From the NCBI GenBank assembly GCA_013239625.1, contig MU054925.1, forward strand, positions 248,001-312,000: a stretch of DNA of 64,000 nt. Direction: 5' to 3'. The position numbers were made by a program, and so were the translations under genes. The stretch's first letter is position 1. Every line of letters starts with the position of its first letter. Below the pieces are notes generated by a model. It made no database searches, was not told where the DNA came from, and saw nothing but the letters and a program-made list of their open reading frames with translations. This DNA is from Lama guanicoe (lineage: Eukaryota). Positions 1-24,559 of this stretch are shown in pieces.

Positions 1-452
1 CACAAAAGAGGATGTCAATTCTATGACCGTGCTATATAACATAAGACTCTGTCTTAACTCACTATGGAGAAAGAGACTCCCTACTGGCTTTAACGGATGA
101 TGCTGTTCCATTGTGAGAAGGTCACATGGCAAGGAAAAGTGAGTGGCCGCTAGGAGCTGAGCACCCCTTGGCTGAGAGCTATTAAGAAACTAGGCCCTCA
201 CTCCCATAACCATAAGGAGATGAATTATGCCAACAACCACATGAGCCTGCAAGAAGATCCCAAGCCTCAGATGAGACTAAAGGCCTGGCCACATCATGAC
301 TAAAGCCTGGTGAGACTCTGAGCACAGAGCCCAGCCATGCCTCAACAGACTCCTGACCCACAGACATCTATCTATCTCACAGATAATTAATGTGTGTTGT
401 TTAAAGCCACTAAGTTCGTGGTAATTTCTTATGCAGCAATGGAAAGTTAATC
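1..452 (+). mobile_element. MLT1-type (MaLR) LTR relic
   Basis: Characteristic 3' end: GACTCCTGACCCACAGA...GTGTGTTGTTTAAAGCCACTAAGTT..TGGTAATTT.TTATGCAGCAAT.GAAA. Confidence 0.8.
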
Positions 453-534
453 GGGTGGGCATACAGGCATTCCTGTTAAAGTCTTTCAACTCTGCTCTTT
501 GTTTAAAACTTTGAGGGGGAAGGAGGAAACCATC

Positions 535-710
535 ATTTTCATGGAGGTAAAACTTACATACAATAAAGTTAACCAGTCTTAAGTACAATTCAGTGAGTGG
601 GTTTTACATGTATAAAGGTGTATAACAGCCACCACAATCACACTATAAAACATTTCTATCATCCGTCACGTTTGTTGCTTTCTCCCCTTTGCAACTGATC
701 AACTCTCTAA
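535..710 (-). mobile_element. Old L1 (L1M) 3'-end fragment
   Basis: GAGGTAAAACTTACATACAATAAA...TTAAGTACAATTCAGTGAGT...CACCACAATCA...AACATTTCTATCATCC pattern. Confidence 0.65.
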
Positions 711-959
711 TTTTTACCCACTGTTTCCGCAAAAGCTTTCTGTTCTCTCCACCATCTGTTTCTAGGACTCCAGCAACACGTGTTAGAATGTCCTGTATTG
801 TCACATACCACTGATGCACTGTTCCTTTGAAACTCTCCATAATAAAATATTGGGGGACAAAAAAGATGACTCAAGAATATGTTTCCAAAATAGACCAAGG
901 AAGATATTCTAGTTGTCATCAAAAACATACCTCAAAGAACACAAAGCCCCAGGCCAGGG

Positions 960-1400
960 AGCTTTGCTGAAGGAAGAGTGAATCCCAAGGGCTCAGAAAA
1001 GACTGATAATCCACCAAATTTATTTCATCATATCAGCCCATTAAATTAAGACCGAAACAAGGAAATCTAGTTTGCTCATCACTTATTCCTGCCACCATGA
1101 CACAAAACAGAAATACAAGATACTTAAACTGGGAAGATGACAACTGGATTATCCTTATTTCAGAAGATCTAATAACTTCTTGAGAAAAACCTAAAAGAAT
1201 CAACTGAAACATTGCTAGAGTAAATAAAAGAATTTGGTCACTTTTTTTTTTTAAACAAACTAGAGATATAAATAACCTGACAAGATCTTACAAGATCTTA
1301 TTCACAAGAAACCACAAAGAGGCTTCCTCCTTGAGGTCAATAAACATAGTTAAAAAAAAAAACCTGCCATAATTAAAACAGTGTGGTACTGGTGCGTGAA
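960..1400 (+). mobile_element. Degraded ancient L1 ORF2 fragments
   Basis: A-rich; AAAACCTAAAAGAATCAACTGAAA..TGCTAGA and ATAATTAAAACAGTGTGGTACTGG motifs. Confidence 0.55.
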
Positions 1401-1429
1401 CATATATATATACCCTATTAAGAGCTTAA

Positions 1430-1621
1430 GTTAACCTCTATATTATAAAAGTAGATAAAAAATAAATTTCTTCTATATAGCACAGAGAACTATATTCATT
1501 ATTTTTGTCATAACCTTTAATGAAAAAGAATATGAAAACGAATATGAAACGAACTGGGACATCATGCTGTGCACCAGAAACTGACACACTGTAACTGATT
1601 ATACTTCAATAAAAAAAAACA
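1430..1621 (+). mobile_element. Younger 5'-truncated L1 3' end with poly(A)
   Basis: TATAGCACAG.GAACTATATTCA...TGCTGT.CACCAGAAACT.ACACA.TGTAA...TATACTTCAATAAAAAAAA; near-perfect TSD AAGAGCT(T/C)AA at 1420-1429 and 1622-1631. Confidence 0.8.
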
Positions 1622-1755
1622 AAGAGCTCAATGTAAAATAGGTAAAATAAATCAGTGGGGGAAAAAGATGGATAGTTATAGGTAAATGACGTAACCAGGC
1701 AAAAATCAGATTTAAAGCTTATGTCAGGATACCAAAATAAATTCTGGTTGGTCTA

Positions 1756-17526
<15,771 letters not shown>

Positions 17527-20500
17527 CCTAGGGCTGGGATGAGTCGGACTGCGCCGCTTCCAAACCAGCAACCCGGCCACCTCGGGCCACTCGAAGCCCC
17601 GCCCCTCAGCCACGCCCCTCCTGTAGCCGCGAGGACGCGGATCCAACTCCCCGCAGGCCCCGCCCCAGAACGAGTCGGCTCCACCCCAACTGAAGAGGGC
17701 CTGACCTCCCACCACGCATGCCCAACTTCCATATGAGCCCATTTTGGACCAAGTGGGCCCGCCCTTCATGCCAGGATGGAGGACGCGCATGCCCAGCTCC
17801 CCACAGGTTCCAGGCTTGGAGAATGCAGGCCCCGCCCTGGATGCCGGAGCCCAGTAACCTAACCCGACCCCGCTGATTTGCATGGGCCTTGTCCTGGGCG
17901 CCGCAGCCTTGCCTCTTGCCCCCAGGACACCCGGGGTTCCACTCGTCACTCTGAGGGACCTCAGGACCCCCGGCAGGAGGGGTTTGGATGACTTGGGGCA
18001 GGCCTGCGTGACCCGCAGAGCTTGGTTGGTCAGGACCAGCCTGGAGGACCCGGGCAACTCTGATCGCTGGCCTGGGTTGTCAATTGCCCCGCGCCCCGCC
18101 GGCCTTACGTCCCCGACCCTCTCGTCCGTTCCGAATCCTGGGACTCCACCCTGCCCACAGGAGCGACCTGCTCAACCACGCCAAAAAAGCTCCTTTATCT
18201 CCTGGACAGGGACACAAGAAAAATCTCAAAATTGATCGTGTTTCTCTCTGCCTTAGCTGCTGGGGAGCTGGGGCTAAACCCCAGCCCACCTAGAGCACGT
18301 GAATGGGACCTGGTAACGAAACTCTCTGGGAACTCACTGAGCCCTAGCAGTATCTTACTCCTTCCAGGACTTATTTTTACCAATTAAATTTTAAATTGTA
18401 AGTTCATTTTCTTCCCTCTAATAAGCCTCTCTCTCTTCATTAGGAAATTGGAATATGCACTGTCATCAACCTTACAAGATTCTGGTGTGGATGAAACATG
18501 TCAATGTCTGAGAAATCCATTCTAAAGCACATTCATGTTATCATTTATTACGTTACTTATCTCCCTCCTGTCTCTAGAAATGCAGTAGGGGCCAGGGAGA
18601 GATCCAGAAATTCAGGAAGCCCTGGCTCATTCTCTCATGTCCTCCTTCATCTGTCTCCTCAGCCCAGTCTCTCCAAGCTGTACACTTTCTGCCCCAGGCC
18701 TCGCCCAACACTGCTCGGGCCTGGGTCACACTGCCCTCTAGCGACGTCCTCCACCACATCCCCTGGCAGGATCACTGCATCCTCAAGTTCTCTCTGCCTA
18801 CAGTGTGCCCAGCCTGGACCCAGGTGCTGAGGCAGAGAAAAGGCTCCACCTAGTGCACCATGGAGGCAGCACCCTCTCCGTCTGCCCTCCTTACCACACT
18901 CCTGCCTTTGGTCAGTCCTCCGAGTCACAGCCCAGCCCTTCAGTGTCTGGTAAGGACCCCTAAGATGACAGATATGACTGATATAGATGTCTTGCCTACT
19001 TCACAGGAAGTAAAGGCTAAGGAGTTCCCCATGCTGGACGCCCACACAGATCTTCCCTGGAACCAGCTCTGGCCACCTACCCTGGGGAATGCCCTGCCTC
19101 AGACAAAGTCGATCACTTCCTCCTTCTTCATCCTCCTTCTTCAGCATCCACCCTCTACTTCACTCTGCCTCATGCCCAGCAGCTGGCACACCCATGGGCA
19201 GCTCCTGATGGGCAGGATGCCCCGAGTGACCTCTCGCCCACTTCCTACTTCTCCAAAGCCAGTCATTCTGTTCCTGACAGAGTCAGCCCTCCTGTCTGTC
19301 TCCTGGCCACTGCCAAGGCCATCCTGGGGTCACCCTGGCTTCAGTGACCTTGTCACCACACACCTACACACCCTGGCCAACCCTTAGCAACTCATGGCAA
19401 GACTATCTCCTCTAATACCACAGACACCCGCACCTTCTCAGGCCCACTATCCTCCACCCCAGCCCTCTTAGAATTTTAGTCAAAGGCTGGGGGTAGCGAG
19501 CAGCCAGAGCAGGGGAGGAGGCCAGGGCCATGTCTAGGAAGCCATCCCCAAGTCCAGCAGTCTGAGTCTGGCTTTCCAGGAGAGGCAGTGGCTCTGCACC
19601 TCCCACTCTTCCCCGAACACTCTGACCCTGGGCTGACCCAGACATACTCTCCCAAGTTCCTATATCCAGTGTAGGAGCCTGTAGCCCCTTCCCAAGGCCA
19701 GGGTCTACATCTTCTCTAAGGATATATAGTCCCCACCACCCGGCCCCATTTCTCAGGAGGAAATTGAGGAAGGGGAGAAGGGCCCAGCGTCACAGAACTG
19801 CCAGCCCATGGTGCAGGATGGACTCAGCTCAACTCCCAGCCCTTTAAAACCTCACCTCCCACACCCTGTGCTATAACCACACATCCCTCCCTCACACCTG
19901 CGGTCTTGCACGTTCCCTCCATGGAAATGCTCTCCTGGCTTTCTGCCTCCCAGCCTCAACAGACATCCAGTAAAATAACTAGCCTCATGGCTTTTCCCCT
20001 TGGAGCCGTCCCAGAGTGAGCCAGCTCTCCTGGAGTGCGAGGTGTGCTGCGATGTCAGTGCGTACTTGTGTGCAAAACCTGTCCTGCTCAGCCTCTCCCC
20101 ACCATGAACCTGCCTGGCCTGGCCCTGGAGGGCTCCTGTGGTACCCTCCACACTGACCACGAATCTCCTCCCAGTGTCCCAGGATACAAACTGTGGGGTG
20201 GCCGGAGTCTTCAATCCTCAGTTCTTAATGCTCAAACTCTTCTCAGTCCCCAAACCACCTTTTGCAGCATAAAGGCCCAGGGACCTCCATGCACACCGCC
20301 CAGACCCACACACCAGTGCATGAAAGCATAGTGTGTACACAGCCACGCGTGCACACACAATAACAAGTCCTGCACCCAGACCAGCGCAGAGACAGGCCAG
20401 CTGTGGTGAGGCCTGCTGCTCTCTGCTGCCTCCCTTTCCGTTTATTTCCCTCCTCCTCTCCCCTCTGCTGCCACTGAGAGGTTGGGGAGTTCCCAGGAGT

Positions 20501-20662
20501 TCCAGCTTCCTCTGGCCATTTCTAGCCAAGGATCAGCCCAGGTCTTCCTGGGTCCAGAGCTCCCCCAGGGTGTGAGGTTCCAACGTGGGGGTAGGTAGGG
20601 AGCCATGTGACCCAGCAGCCTGTTAACCTGGGTCAGCACTTGCTGATTCTAGCTGGCACAGG

Positions 20663-20799
20663 GCACACAGTAGGTGCTCAAAGTGACTCAGGACCAGCCA
20701 GGGAGTACAGAAAGGATTCAGAGAAGTTCCAGACTGGGCCAGAGCACACAGTAGGTGCTTAGACTATCTCAGGACCAGCTCAAGGCACACAGTAGGTGC
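20663..20799. repeat. Degenerate ~40-bp tandem array with three exact GCACACAGTAGGTGC copies
   Basis: Copies at 20663, 20744 and 20785; CTCAGGACCAGC at 20687 and 20768. Confidence 0.75.
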
Positions 20800-20998
20800 C
20801 CTAGACACACTGGTGTAAGGGCTTAAGTCACATCATATGAAAAACTTCCCAAACGAGCCTCTGGACTTCCCCAAACTGGTATGACCCCTGAGGGGGGACC
20901 TGGACAATCATGACCCCTTGGAGGCCAGCAAAGGGCAGAGCAGGAGGCCCCTGGGCAGCTCCAGCTGGCTGTCCCTCCCCCAGGGCTGGAGGAAGAAG

Positions 20999-21008
20999 CT
21001 ATTTATAG
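20999..21008. promoter_or_regulatory. Perfect MEF2 site CTATTTATAG, which reads TATAAAT on the minus strand
   Basis: Exact match to CTA(A/T)4TAG in an otherwise GC-rich context; E-box CAGCTG at 20962-20967. Confidence 0.45.
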
Positions 21009-21211
21009 TTCCCCCCCTTGGCCCAGCTCCCTCTCCCCTGCAAGGCAACAGTGTTCCTCCTTCTCCATGCCACTGACAGACTGATGCCCCTTTAGGGCAC
21101 CCCTATTCCTAGAGAGACCCCCAATACTTTCACACCCCTCCTAGCACCACCCCCACTTCGCCCAGGTCTTTTCCCAGTCCCCCCACCCTCTCCACCCTAC
21201 CCTGTGCCTAC

Positions 21212-21275
21212 CTGGCCTGCTGCTCTTTGACCCAGGGTCCGTCAGGGAACGGCCTCCTTCCGTGCCTTGATTCAT
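21212..21275 (-). CDS. PFKFB4: Candidate upstream alternative first coding exon of PFKFB4 (MNQGTEGGRSLTDPGSKSSRP-)
   Basis: ATG with A at -3, 64 nt long (phase 1, same as main exon 1), donor CAG|GTAGGC, GC-box cluster ~100-130 nt upstream. Confidence 0.55.
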
Positions 21276-21794
21276 CCTGCAATCAGACTGGCCTGGGCCG
21301 CCACCCCCTGCAGCTTGGATTCGGGCAACCCCGCCCTCCAGGCTTCGAAGAGCACAGCCTGCCTGGTGGCCCCGCCTCTCCAGCCCCGCCTTGGGCCCGC
21401 CCCCCCCAAGGCTGCTCACAACTCTGAGATCACCGTCAGTGCCCCCGGCCCTGGGCAGCCACACTTCCGACAGTACTGCCTCTCTCTGCAGCCAGAGCCC
21501 ACTGTCTGCCCTCGTCTCCAGCTGGAGTTGTCTGCACTACCCAGAGTACCTGCCCCATCTGCAGGCAAGCCTGTCCACACTCTCCATAAGGTCTATCTCA
21601 TCTCCAGCCCAGCAATGGAGTTGGGGTTGTGAGATTAGGCAAAACGTACTCCTTTCAACCGAGGGACAGGTCAGTGAAATTTGGGAGGGGTGGAGTGGGT
21701 AAAGGGGCAGCGTAGCCAGCTAGCTGTGACTCAGCCCTTGTGTGTCACTGCCTGGATGTACATGACAGTGATTTTTGCCTATCCCATTCTCCAG

Positions 21795-21935
21795 TCACTA
21801 CATTTATTGAGTGCTTATTGCATGCCAGAACCTTCACGTTTGTTAACTCAATACTCACAAGAAGCTTGGCATCACTCTGCTTCACAGAGGAGGAAACTGA
21901 GGCTTGGAAAGGTGAGTACATTTGCTCAGGACAGT
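21795..21935 (-). mobile_element. MIR element at the end of the UCN2 3' UTR
   Basis: ACATTTATTGAGTGCTTA.TG.ATGCCAG...TTCACAGAGGAGGAAACTGAGGCTTGGA.AGGT...TTTGCTCA.G. Confidence 0.75.
21803..21808 (-). terminator. Putative UCN2 polyadenylation signal (AATAAA) inside a MIR 3' tail
   Basis: First AATAAA/ATTAAA I found on the minus strand after the UCN2 stop (~1.0 kb 3' UTR). Confidence 0.55.
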
Positions 21936-22810
21936 TCAATGAGGGAGGGGCAGTTGGGCCGGTGCCCCAGCAGCCTGATCCCCTCTGCCCCGAGGTCTGT
22001 GTGTTGAAGGGCGGAACCCGGGTAATGCAGGGGTGTGGGGAAGACAGTGCCCGGCTGTGTGCTGAGCGTGCTTCATGCAGGTTTAGGGGACAAGCCCCTG
22101 TTCCTCCCAGCCCCCTCACATGCCCTCACCTTGCTCAACACACATTCACAGTTGTCAGATACACAAAGACGCAGACACATGCAGGCACACCCTGCCCACC
22201 CCCACAAGACAAGGTTGCCACAGCCACAGACTGCCCACATATGACCATCCATCCTTGCCTGGAGATGCCCCTGACAGCCCCATCCATCTGGGGTGGATGC
22301 CGCCTCATGGGGCACGAAACATGCATGTGACCCTCTGCCAGCACTTCTCTGTGTGGCGACCTGTGGGTGGCAGGCAGATCTATGGATCTGGTCTTGGGTG
22401 GGCTGGTCTCCAATGCAATGATGGGCTCTAATGTTGAGGTTCATGAAAGTGGCATGACAGTGACCACATGTGAGGGTGTCCAGATGCTCTGATTGTGGGA
22501 CCCAGGCATGACAGGACTCCACATGGTAGTGAACTTCCATGGTAGTGTCCAAGCTGCCCAGATAGACTGTAAGTCTGTGGGGCTCCTAGGAGTGCCTAGG
22601 CTCCACTTGGCGACCCGACATGGTAATGTCCAGGCTGTCCAGACCCACTGTCACTGAGGCAATCCGATGTGATGTGACACCACACAGCAGTGACCCCAGA
22701 TGGCGGAGTCCAGAGGCACCGTGCCCAGATGTAGTACTGCCCAGCTCCACCACTGCCCTCTGGGTCTCCCCATCCAGGGTGGCTCCATCACTGTGACCCC
22801 TCCCTCAGGC

Positions 22811-23149
22811 TCAGCGGCGGCCAATGTGGGCCAGGATGCGGGCGTTGGCAGCAGCTTGCTCCCGCGCAGCCCTGGCCTGGGCCTGCTCCAGTAAAATCTG
22901 CAGGAGGCCAAGGGGTACATCCAACGATAGGGTGATGCGGGGACCAGGGCGGGGGCCAGGGCTGGGGTGGCCCCAAGCAGCAGAGAGGCCTGTGGTGCTG
23001 GCTGAGGGGCTCTCCGAGGTCACAGGGCAGGGAGTAGCCTGGGGAAAGTTCTCAGGGAGGAGCTGGAAGGCTGGGATAGGGGTTGCTGGGACAGGCAGGG
23101 TCCTGCCCAACGTCAGGACCATCAGCACCAGCAGAGCCCAGCTGGTCAT
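22811..23149 (-). CDS. UCN2: Urocortin-2 preprohormone (112 aa, single coding exon)
   Basis: MTSWALLVLMVLTLG signal peptide; CRF-family mature peptide ITLSLDVPLGLLQILLEQAQARAAREQAAANARILAHI followed by GRR-stop; acceptor CGCAG|CCTGACCACACGATG at 23161/23162; syntenic between COL7A1 and PFKFB4. Confidence 0.97.
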   Translation of the reverse strand: MTSWALLVLMVLTLGRTLPVPATPIPAFQLLPENFPQATPCPVTSESPSASTTGLSAAWGHPSPGPRPGPRITLSLDVPLGLLQILLEQAQARAAREQAAANARILAHIGRR

Positions 23150-23214
23150 CGTGTGGTCAGGCTGCGAGGAGAAAACAGGCTCAGGGCAGGGGCTCTGGTC
23201 AGCCAAGGCCCATG

Positions 23215-23710
23215 GACAGAGACAGAGGACGAAAGGAGAGAGACTGAGAGACTGAGAGGGAGAGATGAGAGCAGCCAGGTCCGAGACAGACAGAGATAGA
23301 GATAAGATGAAGGGACAAGACGAGAGCCAGAGGGAGACAGAAAATCAAGACAGAGCCAGACAGAGAAGGGGTCAGAGAGACAGAAAGAGTGAGAGAGAGA
23401 AACAGATAAAGAGACACAGAAACCCCAGGACAGAGAGCCACAGACACATCTAGATGCAGATGTATTTTAGAGAGAAAGATGGGGGAGGAGAAAGAGGAAG
23501 AACAAGAACCAGAAGAACAGGAAGAAGAAAGGGAAGGAAGAGAAGAGAGAAGGGGAGAGAGATGGGGATGAATGAGAGGGAGGTGGAGCCAAAGAGAGGG
23601 AGACTGGGAGAAAAAGACAGAAACCACCCCAGAGACATAGTGCTGGAAACAAGGAAGCAAAGGGAGAGAAACACAGAGGGACAGAAGGAGACTGAGGTCT
23701 GAGAAAGCCT
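23215..23710. repeat. GA-rich low-complexity polypurine tract filling most of the UCN2 intron
   Basis: GAGA/GACAGA/GAAGAA runs; pure purine over ~23519-23561. Confidence 0.85.
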
Positions 23711-23872
23711 GTAGCAGATCCAGGACAAAGAAAGGCAGGAATGGGGGGGTCCCTGAGGTGGAGAAACAGCCAGAGACCCCAGGGTACCCCCAGCTCCAGA
23801 AGCCTCCACTGACCCAAACCCCAGATCCACTCAGCCCCAAAGGTCCTGCCCTCTCCCGGATCCCAGTCCTAC

Positions 23873-23960
23873 CAGTAGCAGCCTCCTCTGGGGTCTGCTG
23901 GGACCGCCGTGGCTGCCTGGGGCCAGTCTGCCCCTCTGCCCCCTTCAGGGCCCATTTATC
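23873..23960 (-). promoter_or_regulatory. UCN2: Putative UCN2 core promoter and non-coding exon 1
   Basis: TATA-like GATAAAT at 23960-23954, then a short GC-rich segment ending in donor CTG|GTAGGA at 23873/23872. This predicts a 711-nt intron to the coding exon. Confidence 0.55.
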
Positions 23961-24247
23961 TCCCTCAGTCCCTGGGCTGAGAGCTGGGGCCTGTCTCCTG
24001 GCATGAGGCAGCCCATCACCTATGATTCATACCCTCCTGGGGGGCAGTGAGGACATATCCTCAGCCCCTATACTGTCTACTTCTTTTGGGGACAAGTTAG
24101 GGACTGAGAGTCACAGGAGAGTGACCAGGGCTGGACAGAGGGACTCTGGACCCACACAGGATAGTACCAACCTCCCAGGGAAAACCTGCCCTCCTGACAC
24201 CCCCACCTCCCCAAACAGTCACAATAGGAGCCTTTTAAAACAGCAGC

Positions 24248-24253
24248 TTTAAT
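24248..24253 (-). terminator. COL7A1 polyadenylation signal (ATTAAA variant)
   Basis: GGGGGGCATTAAAGCTGCTGTTTTAAAAGG ~310 nt after the stop; no AATAAA seen in the 3' UTR. Confidence 0.8.
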
Positions 24254-24559
24254 GCCCCCCCCCCGAATCAGCACCATGTCATCACAGGCTTGGGTCAAAG
24301 GGTGGGTAAGATGCAGTCACATCCACTCACTGCCCACAGCCACCCCCACACTGAGTCATCTGCCAGGGAGGCAGGAGCCACAATGGGGGTTTGTCCACAG
24401 GGGGGAAGGCTAGACCTACAGAACAAATCACTGAAATAACGGACACGCTCATGCACGCTCACGTGCACACAGGCTTCTAGCACCAAGGGGAGGGACAGCA
24501 GGGTCCAGCTGAGACACCACCTCTCCAGGGGACGCTGAACTTCAGCTCATTTTCTGGCC

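Noticed and set aside
17527-18057. 177-codon in-frame upstream extension of PFKFB4 exon 1
   Set aside because: It runs through the CpG-island promoter, where stops are scarce. The family-typical start is MASPREL at 17526.
20663-20799. CRISPR-like repeat-spacer appearance
   Set aside because: This is mammalian DNA, the repeat is only 15 bp, the spacers resemble each other and there are no cas genes. It is a decayed tandem repeat.
23150-23206. N-terminal extension MADQSPCPEPVFSSQPDHT of the UCN2 ORF in the track
   Set aside because: It has no ATG and mostly lies upstream of the splice acceptor at 23161. The ATG preceding the signal peptide is at 23149.
22824-23255. 143-aa plus-strand ORF antisense to UCN2
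   Set aside because: It is the shadow of a GC-rich coding exon and has no recognisable domain.
23199-23840. 213-aa Ser/Leu-rich ORF and overlapping Arg/Glu-rich ORFs
   Set aside because: These arise from the CT/GA low-complexity intron, which is poor in stop codons.
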